Assembly: GCA_964544335.1 (NCBI GenBank)
Contig: CAZJAJ010000003.1
Span: 11,589 to 75,588 of the forward strand
Direction of reading: 5' to 3'
From: an uncultured Methanosarcinales archaeon
GTDB taxonomy: Archaea; Nanobdellota; Nanobdellia; Woesearchaeales; JABIAG01
DNA: 64,000 nt
The position numbers and the translations under genes were made by a program. The notes below the pieces were generated by a model. That model was not told the DNA's origin. It ran no database searches and saw only the letters and a list, made by a program, of their open reading frames with translations. Below are positions 20,263-29,020 of this stretch, piece after piece. The number at the start of each line of letters is the position of its first letter. Positions within the stretch are counted from its first letter, which is position 1.

Positions 20263-20948
20263 TTTAGCAAATCCTCTGTGGTTTTTAATGCTTCCTCTTT
20301 TAAACCAAGTTTTCTAAAATGCTGATTGACATTGTAGAGATCACGTTCAAGATATTCTTTTGCATGTGGTGATTCTTTGGTGATGGATTGGGAAAAATCA
20401 ATGATTACGGGTTTGTCATCAAGATTGAGGATGTTAAATGCACTTAGGTCTGCGTGCACAAGTCCTGCTTTGAGGATTTTTTTCATTTCTCTAATAATAC
20501 CCTTGTAGAATTTCTCAGGATCGCTTGGTGTTGCGTCTTTGAGCTTGTCTGCAGGTTCTCCTATGAGTTCCATGAGGAGAATATTGTGTTTTACTTCAAG
20601 CGGTGTTGGACAGTTTACTCTTGCTTCTCGTGCTTTTAAGAGGTTTCTGTATTCACGCCTTACCCACGTGAAGATAATTTCTCTTCGTTTTCTTGAAAGT
20701 TTTGCAACTCTGGTGTCTCCTTGGAGATATTTATACATCTGCAGGAAGTCACAGGTCTCAAGACGGTAGATTTTGACAATTACAGGCCCTTTCTTACCTT
20801 CTCCGATAAAGACATTGGATTCTTTACCTACAAAGAGGGGAATAAGGGTGTCTATGACAAGAAATCCATCAGACTCTAGTTTCTGGAGATGAGAAATCGT
20901 GAAACTATCGAAAACGGTCTTCTCAGTACGGTATTTCTCTCTTGTCAT
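20259..20948 (-). CDS. RIO-type serine/threonine protein kinase
   Basis: RIO kinase motifs include the catalytic LVHADLSAFNIL and an ISTGKEANV-like ESNVFIGEG. The start is placed at the Met of MTREKYRTEK. The 32-aa extension in the track ORF is unlikely to be real. Confidence 0.85.
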   Translation of the reverse strand: MTREKYRTEKTVFDSFTISHLQKLESDGFLVIDTLIPLFVGKESNVFIGEGKKGPVIVKIYRLETCDFLQMYKYLQGDTRVAKLSRKRREIIFTWVRREYRNLLKAREARVNCPTPLEVKHNILLMELIGEPADKLKDATPSDPEKFYKGIIREMKKILKAGLVHADLSAFNILNLDDKPVIIDFSQSITKESPHAKEYLERDLYNVNQHFRKLGLKEEALKTTEDLLK

Positions 20949-21306
20949 GGCCTTGGAGAAACACAAAAGCTTTATAAAGGTATGGAACATTCCTTTTTTC
21001 AGATATTGTGACATTTCACACTCAATGTTGAGGAAACTCAGCACGAGGACCCGTCACGAGAGTACTCAGTGGAGCTTAAGGTGAAAATCCGAGCTATGAA
21101 TTTGGGAGTTAGTGTTACGGGTCTCATTTTCACACATATCACAGACTAGACGTCTTATGACACGGGCGCAACAACGTGCTTTAGAACGCACATTCACGAT
21201 CACAACACATACTGTATTATGACACCTGACCTTTCCTGTTGATTAGGTCACTTACGTGTTAGTTCTAAAGTATTTCAAACAGCGACAAGCTGTGGAGGAA
21301 ATTAAA

Positions 21307-22587
21307 ATGGGAAAAATAAGCCAAGTAAGTGCTAAATACTTAGTTCACGCTTCAATTCAAATCGATGGTGTTGTTGACAAACCAGACATCATTGGAGCAG
21401 TTTTTGGACAAACAGAAGGACTTCTAGGAAATGACCTAGAACTTCGAGAATTACAACGAAATGGTCGAATCGGCCGTATTGAAGTTACTACTGAATCAAA
21501 AGGTGGTAAAACACAAGGAACTATTCTGATTCCAAGTTCGCTTGATAAGGCAGAAACCTGTATTGTAGGTGCTGCTCTTGAAATTATTCAACGAATTGGA
21601 CCATGTAATGCTAAGATTGTGATTAAGAAAATTGAAGATGTACGAGTAAGTAAACGAGATCAAGTTGTTGGTCGTGCAAAAGAGCTTCTTAAGACACTTG
21701 TTGATAGCGTTATGCCAGATTCTGCAGAAATTGCAGATGAGGTTGCATACTCTGTTCGAGTAGAAGAGATTACCACCTATGGTAAAGACAAACTTCCTGC
21801 AGGTCCTAATTTAGATGAGGCAGAAGAAGTTATTGTTGTAGAAGGTAGAGCTGATGTAGTTAATCTACTCAAGTATGGATTCAAGAATGTTATTGCAATG
21901 AATGGTACGAATGTGCCTCCAACTATTGCTAATTTATCACAGCAAAAATCCATTACTGTTTTTGTTGATGGAGATAGAGGCGGTGATTTAATTATCCGTG
22001 GCCTTGCTGAAGTTGCAGAAATTGACTTTGTAACCAAAGCTCCTGATGGTAAAGAAGTTGAAGAACTTGCTAAGAAGGAAATTAACAAAGCACTTCGATC
22101 AAAGATTGCATGGGAACAAGCAAAGCTTGATATGAAGAGCGGCAGCAGTGACGATAAACGAAAATCATCCAGAGATAGTAGAAGTAATGGAAGAGATCGT
22201 AATAGTCGCGATAGTAGATCTTCTCGAAATGATCGAAATAGCAGAGACCGACCTGAAAGAAATACTCGTGAGCGATCTACTCCTCGAGGCCAACTGAGTG
22301 CTGATGAGAAAAAAGCATTTAAGAAAATGGGTGAAGAAATGATTGGTTCACGAGGTGCTTGCCTTGTTGATGTTGATCTTAAAGTACTTGGAAAAGTTCC
22401 GGTAACTGGTCTTGCAAACACAATCAAAAATCTTGACAATGTACACGCTGTTATTTTTGATGGCGAAGTGGATAAGGATATTGCAGGTGCTGCAGATAAA
22501 GCAGGCGTGAAATTCCTTGTTGGTATGGATAGTCAAGTAAAGCAATCTGAATCTAAAGCAAAATTGATGAATATTGCTGATTTGTAG
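21307..22587 (+). CDS. dnaG: archaeal DnaG (Toprim primase-like, exosome-associated) with an SR/RD-rich low-complexity insert
   Basis: The N-terminus MGKISQVSAKYLVHASIQIDGVVDKPDIIGAVFGQTEGLLG matches archaeal DnaG. A Toprim domain (VVEGRADVVNL...VDGDRGGDLI) follows. The insert KSSRDSRSNGRDRNSRDSRSSRNDRNSRDRPERNTRERS lies before the C-terminal domain. Confidence 0.85.
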   Translation: MGKISQVSAKYLVHASIQIDGVVDKPDIIGAVFGQTEGLLGNDLELRELQRNGRIGRIEVTTESKGGKTQGTILIPSSLDKAETCIVGAALEIIQRIGPCNAKIVIKKIEDVRVSKRDQVVGRAKELLKTLVDSVMPDSAEIADEVAYSVRVEEITTYGKDKLPAGPNLDEAEEVIVVEGRADVVNLLKYGFKNVIAMNGTNVPPTIANLSQQKSITVFVDGDRGGDLIIRGLAEVAEIDFVTKAPDGKEVEELAKKEINKALRSKIAWEQAKLDMKSGSSDDKRKSSRDSRSNGRDRNSRDSRSSRNDRNSRDRPERNTRERSTPRGQLSADEKKAFKKMGEEMIGSRGACLVDVDLKVLGKVPVTGLANTIKNLDNVHAVIFDGEVDKDIAGAADKAGVKFLVGMDSQVKQSESKAKLMNIADL

Positions 22588-22658
22588 ATTTTTTATTTTC
22601 TTTTTTTACTTTCTCTTTCTTTAGAAACATATTTATAGACGAATTCTAGAATAGATGC

Positions 22659-23975
22659 ATGCCTTATGATATTGTAATTGGTCGTGGAAAGAGCGATATG
22701 GATAAGTATGGTATGAAAGGTACCATTCTTCTTGCTCGGCAGTATGTTACTATGGGTAGAACGACGTCTCTTAGCAATAATATTTACATGGATGTTGCAA
22801 AAGCACACGTGGTGTTTGTGTGTGGGAAAAGAGGTTCTGGTAAATCCTATACGATGGGTGCTATTGCAGAGGGTGCTGCTCAGATGGATCCTGAAATTAG
22901 TAAGAATCTTGCATTTATTATTCTTGATACGATGGGTATTTATTGGACGATGCGTTATCCTAATTTGAAAGATAAAGATTTACTTGATATGTGGAAGATT
23001 CCATCCAAGGGACTTGGAGTTGAAATCTTTACACCAGGTGGTTTTTTTAGAGAGTATCAAGAAAAAGGTATTCCTACTGATTATGCGTTTTCTCTTCGGC
23101 CTGATGAGCTGCAATCACAAGATTGGTTTTTGACCTTTGGTCTTGATCAAAATGATCCTGTTGCAGTGTTTATTGAACGGATTATTAACTCTATGAGAAC
23201 AACTGGGAAATCATATGGTCTTTCTGATATTGTTGCAGCAATTAAAGCAGATGAAGAAGAGGAACGTGGAATTAAGAACGCTGCACTTAATCGATTTGAA
23301 AATGCAGAAGGATGGGGATTGTTTGATAAAAATGGAACGCCTCTTGATGATCTTGCAAAGGGTGGAAAAGTAACTATTCTTGATGTCTCTTGTTATGCAA
23401 CAGCACCTAACGGATGGGCGATTAAATCACTTGTTGTGGGTCTTGTTGCGCAGAAGTTGTTTAATGAACGTATGGTCTCTCGAAAGAATGAAGAGTTTGC
23501 GATGATTAAGCAAATGACGACGTTTGGTGAAGTGGCGTCTTTGAAAAGTGATAGAAAACCATTAGTGTGGCTTGTGATTGATGAAGCACATGAGTTTTTA
23601 CCACGGCAAGGAAAGACGGCTGCTTCTGATGCACTCATTACCATTTTGCGTGAAGGTCGACAGCCAGGTATTTCGCTTATTCTTGCAACACAACAACCTG
23701 GAAAAATTCATACTGATGTAATGACACAATCAGATACTATTCTTGCTCATAGATTGACGAGTCGTATTGATATTGATGCTCTTAAGATGCTCAGTTCTTC
23801 TTTTATGAATAAGGGTATTGATGAACACTTGCGTATTTTACCACATGTTCCTGGTGCTTCTCTTATTATTGACGATAAGAATGAGCGTGTGTTTTCGACT
23901 AGGATGCGTCCTCGAAGTACGTGGCACGGTGGTGAGGCACCTATTGCTATTGAAAAAGAGAAGAAGTTGTTCTAG
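22659..23975 (+). CDS. HerA/FtsK-superfamily ATPase (DUF87-like)
   Basis: Walker A VFVCGKRGSGKSYT, Walker B/DEAH-like LVWLVIDEAHEF and an ATQ-type motif SLILATQQPGKI. It is 438 aa and has no HAS-barrel-length N-terminus. Confidence 0.7.
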   Translation: MPYDIVIGRGKSDMDKYGMKGTILLARQYVTMGRTTSLSNNIYMDVAKAHVVFVCGKRGSGKSYTMGAIAEGAAQMDPEISKNLAFIILDTMGIYWTMRYPNLKDKDLLDMWKIPSKGLGVEIFTPGGFFREYQEKGIPTDYAFSLRPDELQSQDWFLTFGLDQNDPVAVFIERIINSMRTTGKSYGLSDIVAAIKADEEEERGIKNAALNRFENAEGWGLFDKNGTPLDDLAKGGKVTILDVSCYATAPNGWAIKSLVVGLVAQKLFNERMVSRKNEEFAMIKQMTTFGEVASLKSDRKPLVWLVIDEAHEFLPRQGKTAASDALITILREGRQPGISLILATQQPGKIHTDVMTQSDTILAHRLTSRIDIDALKMLSSSFMNKGIDEHLRILPHVPGASLIIDDKNERVFSTRMRPRSTWHGGEAPIAIEKEKKLF

Positions 23976-24014
23976 AAGGTAAATTTTTATTAATCTGAAT
24001 ACATTTTATACCGT

Positions 24015-24332
24015 ATGCCGTTTAGCAAAGCGTTTCCAAAAAAGATTGATGGTGCATCTTATCCTAAGTGGGAAGAGGTGTACTTGACGTATGAAGAAGA
24101 GATTACTGCAGAGGATGAGGCACGTAAAGAGAATCTTCGACTAATGAGGGAGTGTTTAAAGGATGCTAAAGGTATTCTTGGAGATACTGGGTATAAGGAC
24201 GAACAAGAGAGTGTTGTTCGCATGGCTATTTCGCTTTTTGAAAAGCGATCATCTCATGAAATCTATTGGAAAGAGAAGAAAGCTAAAGAAAAGTTTGACA
24301 AACTCAGTAATGCTCGTAAACCGTCGGCCTAA
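24015..24332 (+). CDS. hypothetical protein (charged, alpha-helical)
   Basis: 105-aa ORF immediately downstream of the HerA-like ATPase on the same strand. Confidence 0.4.
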   Translation: MPFSKAFPKKIDGASYPKWEEVYLTYEEEITAEDEARKENLRLMRECLKDAKGILGDTGYKDEQESVVRMAISLFEKRSSHEIYWKEKKAKEKFDKLSNARKPSA

Positions 24333-24540
24333 GTGTGATTAGACTGGAAACAAATAGAATGGTGAAGAATACTATGAAGGTTGTTCCCCACGTCAGATTT
24401 ATGATCCCCTGTACTGTTGATACCGTTGAAACCACTAATCCAAGAATGGATACTGCTGCAAACGTATTGTTAAGTGGAAAATATGATCGGTAATATCCTG
24501 CTGGCATGAATATTCTTAGGTAGAAGTGATATAAATATGT

Positions 24541-25653
24541 TTAGTTTTTGTAGATGAATTTGTCCACTTGAGATTTTGCCTTTTCTCTTCGTTTTTGGTG
24601 CTGTGCAAGGAATGTATTGATTTTTTCAATAAGTATTGCCTTAAGTTCTCCAGTAAGGAGTTTTCCTGATCTGTAGTCTGCTTCAATTTGAGCTAGTTTT
24701 TGATCATCTTCTTCAAAGAGCATTCGTAAATATTGGAATGAAACGTCAATGTCTGGGTTACCGCCTTTTTTTCTGTGTTCTTCAACGGTTTCTTTTCCAC
24801 CAGAGAATGCGTATTTGTTTATTTTTTTCTTTACCGTCTTTGGATCATCTGTTAAATAGATAGATTGTCCTTCTGAAGAAGACATTTTTCCTTCAACTCC
24901 CGTAAGTGGTGGAAGAAACTGACATTGAATGGATGCCGGTTTGTAAAATCCTAGTTTTGGCAGGATATCTCTTGTGAGTCTAAAATGTGGATCTTGATCA
25001 ATGGCATGCGGGATTAAACAGGGAATGTTCTTTCCTGCAAGTACAGATGGTAAAAACGCTGGAACGGTTTGCATGGATGTGTAAAAAATAGTTCCAATAT
25101 TTGATTCATTGGTAAATCCAAATGTGGATTTTACTTGCGAATAGGTTATTTTTTTTGCAACCTTACAAGCCTGCTTGTAGAGTAGTCCTGCGTGTTGTGT
25201 GTCGACGATAAAATGTGTTTTTTTAGGATCAAATCCTATTGCAATAACATCTAGCATGTTTTCATGTAAGTATTTTTGTGTGTCTTCAAATGCAAGATCT
25301 TTTTTGAAAAGAAATTTTTCTTCATCAGGAAATTGAAACCAGAGTTCAACACCGTAGGTGTCTTGTAACCATTTTGTAAAGATGAGTGGAAAAATGTGAC
25401 CTAGATGCATTGGACCTGACGGTGATCTTCCTGTGTAGAGAAAGAATTCATTTCCTTTTTCAAATTCATTAAATAACCAATTGAGATCTCTGTGTGCAAA
25501 GAAGATATTTCTTCTTATCATAAAATGTGATGTTCCTGCATCTGCTTCTAGGCGTTTTTTTAGTGCTGTATCAATTTTTTTTACGCCAAAGTCTTTTATG
25601 AGTTTTTCATAATCAACTTTTCCAGAAACATCCCAGGGAGTTACTTTTGCCAT
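24541..25653 (-). CDS. trpS: tryptophanyl-tRNA synthetase (archaeal/eukaryotic type)
   Basis: YTGRSPSGPMHLGHIFPLIFTKWLQD carries the HIGH motif in TrpRS context, and KMSSS is the KMSKS equivalent. Length is 370 aa. Confidence 0.85.
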   Translation of the reverse strand: MAKVTPWDVSGKVDYEKLIKDFGVKKIDTALKKRLEADAGTSHFMIRRNIFFAHRDLNWLFNEFEKGNEFFLYTGRSPSGPMHLGHIFPLIFTKWLQDTYGVELWFQFPDEEKFLFKKDLAFEDTQKYLHENMLDVIAIGFDPKKTHFIVDTQHAGLLYKQACKVAKKITYSQVKSTFGFTNESNIGTIFYTSMQTVPAFLPSVLAGKNIPCLIPHAIDQDPHFRLTRDILPKLGFYKPASIQCQFLPPLTGVEGKMSSSEGQSIYLTDDPKTVKKKINKYAFSGGKETVEEHRKKGGNPDIDVSFQYLRMLFEEDDQKLAQIEADYRSGKLLTGELKAILIEKINTFLAQHQKRREKAKSQVDKFIYKN

Positions 25654-25723
25654 GAAAGGAATAGGAGATGTGGCTATTTAAATGTTTTGAGATAGGAAGA
25701 TTTAAAAGGATATTTACCTATGA

Positions 25724-26635
25724 TTGTGCATGAAGCATTCATATAGTATCACTTTTTTACTTTTGGGATTCTTTTTTCTATCACAGGTTATTGGTCTTGG
25801 TATTATTGCAACTGATGCATATGTGGCGCAAAGTGATGCTGGTGAAGTGGTGCTTACGTATCCTGATACGGCAATTGGAGAGCGTCCAACGCTTGAACCT
25901 AGTCAGTCTGTGTTGACTATTGTGTTTGCGATTGCTGTTGGAACCATCATTCTGTTTATTTTAATGCGATTTAAGCAATTTGCAGTGTGGAAATTTTGGT
26001 TCTTTCTAAGTATTTTCTTAACACTCTATATTTCATTTACTGTGCTTGTTGGAACATTTATTGCATTTTTTATTGCACTTGCGCTTGCACTGTGGAGATG
26101 GTTAAGACCTAATCCTTATGTGCATAATCTTACTGAATTATTTGTATATGCAGGTATTGCACTTATTTTTGTTCCCATACTAAATGTGATGTGGGTCACT
26201 GTTTTAATGGTCATTATTGCTGGGTATGATGCGTATGCAGTGTGGAAATCAAAACATATGATTAAACTTGCTGAGTTTCAGGCAGGCAATAAAACATTTG
26301 CGGGACTTTATTTTGGTTCTCGAAAGGTGGAGCGTGCTGCAACTCCTAAGGAATATAAGAAAAGTGGAAAAAGTAAACGAAAGAAAACCGTTCATGCTAT
26401 TTTAGGTGGAGGAGATATTGCGTTTCCTTTGATTTTTAGCGGAGTTGTAATGCAATCATTACTTCTTGAAGGAGTGAGCAAAGTTTCTGCTTTTCTTCAA
26501 ACCCTATTGATTCCTGTATGCTGTGTTGGAGCACTTTCTTATTTGTTTTTTAGAGGAACGTCTGCTCGTTATTACCCGGCAATCCCATATTTGCTTGTTG
26601 GTTGTCTTGTTGGGTATGTTCTTGTACTTTTGTAG
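25724..26635 (+). CDS. presenilin/signal-peptide-peptidase-like intramembrane aspartyl protease (A22 family) candidate
   Basis: Polytopic membrane protein with YD (IIAGYDAYAV), GxGD (LGGGDIAFP) and a PAL-like motif (YYPAIPYLL), in the order expected for presenilin homologs. Confidence 0.6.
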   Translation: MCMKHSYSITFLLLGFFFLSQVIGLGIIATDAYVAQSDAGEVVLTYPDTAIGERPTLEPSQSVLTIVFAIAVGTIILFILMRFKQFAVWKFWFFLSIFLTLYISFTVLVGTFIAFFIALALALWRWLRPNPYVHNLTELFVYAGIALIFVPILNVMWVTVLMVIIAGYDAYAVWKSKHMIKLAEFQAGNKTFAGLYFGSRKVERAATPKEYKKSGKSKRKKTVHAILGGGDIAFPLIFSGVVMQSLLLEGVSKVSAFLQTLLIPVCCVGALSYLFFRGTSARYYPAIPYLLVGCLVGYVLVLL

Positions 26636-27449
26636 TCTCGCCTGGAAACAAATTCAGTGTTTTATGACGAAGTCCTGCTGCATAGGACCCTGGTGAAATG
26701 AGTAATCCATCTTTTGCTGCAACCGTTTGCACTTCTGTTTCTAGTTGAATTTCTCTTGCAATTTGCAAAGGATCTTCTTTGAGTACTTTTGTTCCAAAGT
26801 GTGTAAGAATAGCAAGTCTTGGTTGAATTTGTTTGATGAGTTTTGTTACATCTTCTTTATTCATATTGTTTGAATCTTTTTTATCCACATAGGGCATGTT
26901 AATGATAAGGATGTCTGATTGTTCATATTGTTGGGCTAGTTCTTTGGTGTAACCCGTGTCACCTGTGTAGGAGAGCACGAATCCTGGGGTGAATAATTTG
27001 AAACCCAGTGCATGCGGATCTGAGTGCTGTGTTTTTAGTGCGTGCACTTCTAGGTGTTCAATACCTATTTTTTGTCCTGGCTCTGGGATTATTACTCGCT
27101 CAACACATTTTCTGTGAAAAGGAAGTAATTGCGCCGGTGTTGTTTCATCTCCCTCTGCAAAGGTTTTGTTTGCAATAAGCACACCTTTAGGATCTATACC
27201 ACCATAAGACATTGCTTGTAGTATGATGTTGGTGTCATTGCAATGGTGAATGTGTGCATGTGAGACAAGTACTGCCGTTGTTGCTTGTATATTTACTCCT
27301 ATCTGCCTTGCTCTTACAAGAGAACCTGGTCCTGGGTCTAGCAAGAATTGGTAGCCATCAGATATGATGAGTATCCCCCCAGACCCTCGAATCTGTTGAT
27401 TAGCTACATTGCCAGAGCCAGTCCCAAGAAAGAGAATTTTCGATTCCAC
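26550..27449 (-). CDS. MBL-fold metallo-hydrolase (RNase Z-like)
   Basis: N-terminal FLGTGSG and a HxHxxH-type metal site (VLVSHAHIHHCND). The C-terminal ~45 aa are low-complexity and overlap the converging upstream gene by 86 nt. Confidence 0.7.
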   Translation of the reverse strand: MESKILFLGTGSGNVANQQIRGSGGILIISDGYQFLLDPGPGSLVRARQIGVNIQATTAVLVSHAHIHHCNDTNIILQAMSYGGIDPKGVLIANKTFAEGDETTPAQLLPFHRKCVERVIIPEPGQKIGIEHLEVHALKTQHSDPHALGFKLFTPGFVLSYTGDTGYTKELAQQYEQSDILIINMPYVDKKDSNNMNKEDVTKLIKQIQPRLAILTHFGTKVLKEDPLQIAREIQLETEVQTVAAKDGLLISPGSYAAGLRHKTLNLFPGETTKVQEHTQQDNQQANMGLPGNNEQTFL

Positions 27450-27536
27450 AGTAGAATTCTATAAAATTGGTTTTTAAGGATTTATGTAGTGCAGGGATTG
27501 CAAATGTTTATATAGGTATTTTGGGGTGTTTGGAGT

Positions 27537-27977
27537 ATGGACCTGAGAACGTATAATCCTAAGAGCAAGAGATATGTTGTTTTTGATGATGTAAGAGGTA
27601 CAAAGAGGCTTCTTAGTTATAGACACACGATCGATGGTATTTGTGGTAAATTGAATCAAATTCATGCATTTATTTTTGGTAGTCTTCTACAAAGAGATCA
27701 TAAAGAGTATGTTCGTATATGTATTGCAAAGGGTGATGTAGATAAACGAATACAAGTAATTGGAAAGGAAATTAAACGAATTGAGAGAGAAATTCGTGAT
27801 AGGGTTTCAATAACTGAACGAAATGTGAGAGAAATCATGTTTCTATATAAACTTCTTGTACCTCCTGTTGAGCGTTCTGATACTTCCAGAGAAGAGAGAG
27901 TGATTAAACGAGATCAAAAACGTGTTTCTGATATTTTTATTTCATTGATTGACCATATTAAATCGCTTGAGAAGTGA
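27537..27977 (+). CDS. hypothetical basic protein
   Basis: 146-aa ORF rich in R/K/E. Its stop codon coincides with the 5' end of the SRP RNA. Confidence 0.4.
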   Translation: MDLRTYNPKSKRYVVFDDVRGTKRLLSYRHTIDGICGKLNQIHAFIFGSLLQRDHKEYVRICIAKGDVDKRIQVIGKEIKRIEREIRDRVSITERNVREIMFLYKLLVPPVERSDTSREERVIKRDQKRVSDIFISLIDHIKSLEK

Positions 27978-28272
27978 GCAAAGCTTTAAAAACGATGTTC
28001 TGATAGCATTGCTTGGAAGACTAGACTGGGAGGTTAGCCCTCTCCTGTTACTCCAAACGGGCTTTAGGGAGAGTTGAAGAAGGAAAAGCGGTTTTGGGAT
28101 CTAGAAGTGGTCCTATTTGTAACCTACGATCCTTTGTCCTTCTTGATCGAAGCCCAATCGAACCGTGTCAGGCCGGGAACGGAGCAGCACTAAGAATGGG
28201 ATTTGGTGCTTGAAGGGTTGCGAAGGGGAGGGAGCTTTTAGGGAAGCTGCTTTTGGTGAACTTTGCTCATTT
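27974..28272 (+). ncRNA. signal recognition particle RNA (7S / SRP RNA)
   Basis: GUCAGGCCGGGAACGGAGCAGC closely matches the conserved helix-8 strand of SRP RNAs (E. coli 4.5S GUCAGGUCCGGAAGGAAGCAGC), including a GGAA tetraloop. The 5' GUGAGCAAAGC and 3' GCUUUGCUCAU ends pair as helix 1. Length is about 300 nt, typical for archaea. A TATA-like CATATTAAAT lies about 25 nt upstream. Confidence 0.7.
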
Positions 28273-28335
28273 TCCTTTGTGTCTTCCATTTTCTTTTATG
28301 GAAATATTTATTAGATTTTGATCTTTTTTTACAGT

Positions 28336-28779
28336 ATGATAGGTAGTGGTGTGGGAATTCTTGTACTGCATGAAGGAAAAGTTCTTCTTGGGCGAAAACA
28401 TCATGACAATGCGGTTTCTGGATCTGTGCTAGGTGGAGAGAATACATGGTCTTTACCAGGTGGAAAAATTGAATTTCATGAACAGTTTGAAGAAGCTGCT
28501 CTTCGAGAGCTCAAAGAGGAAGCGGGAATTAGTGTAGAGAAGGTACGTGTTATTTCAGTGAACAATGATAGAACAAGTGATAAGCATTTTTTAACCGTTG
28601 GTCTTCTTGGAGAGGGCGTTATTGGAGAGCCTCAAGTAATGGAACCGGATAAAATTGTGGAATGGAAGTGGTTTTCACTTAATGCTTTACCCGATAATCT
28701 GTATATGCCATCTGAGAAATTAATTAAAAATTATTTGAGTGGTTCTTTTTATATTCCTGAAGAACAATATATCAGATGA
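28336..28779 (+). CDS. NUDIX hydrolase
   Basis: Nudix box GGKIEFHEQFEEAALRELKEEAGI (Gx5Ex7REUxEExGU). Confidence 0.8.
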   Translation: MIGSGVGILVLHEGKVLLGRKHHDNAVSGSVLGGENTWSLPGGKIEFHEQFEEAALRELKEEAGISVEKVRVISVNNDRTSDKHFLTVGLLGEGVIGEPQVMEPDKIVEWKWFSLNALPDNLYMPSEKLIKNYLSGSFYIPEEQYIR

Positions 28780-28813
28780 TCGCAGATTTTATATAGTTGG
28801 ATGATACTGATGT

Positions 28814-29020
28814 ATGATGAGACTTCATTTTGGTATCATCAGTGTGTTCTTACTGTTTCTTGTTGCAGTGATTGCGCTTGGAAGCGATATTACGGGTGCT
28901 GCAGTTACGCAATTTGATTCTAAAGAATTTGGTTTTGTGTGGACTCTCTTTATTGGGTGTGTTGCTATGGGCTGTATTTCTGCAATGGCTGTGTGGTTTG
29001 GTTTTATGCCAAGAGAATAG
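28814..29020 (+). CDS. small membrane protein (hypothetical)
   Basis: 68-aa ORF with two hydrophobic segments. Its end overlaps the leuS end. Confidence 0.3.
   Translation: MMRLHFGIISVFLLFLVAVIALGSDITGAAVTQFDSKEFGFVWTLFIGCVAMGCISAMAVWFGFMPRE

Noticed and set aside
20949-21044. 32-aa N-terminal extension of the RIO kinase ORF (MLSFLNIECEMSQYLKK...)
   Set aside because: RIO homology begins at MTREKYRTEK. The extension is hydrophobic or odd and is unlikely to be translated.
21777-22439. 220-aa minus-strand ORF rich in RS/LS repeats
   Set aside because: It lies entirely antisense within dnaG and is generated by the AGA/GAT/AGT DNA repeat that encodes the DnaG SR-like insert.
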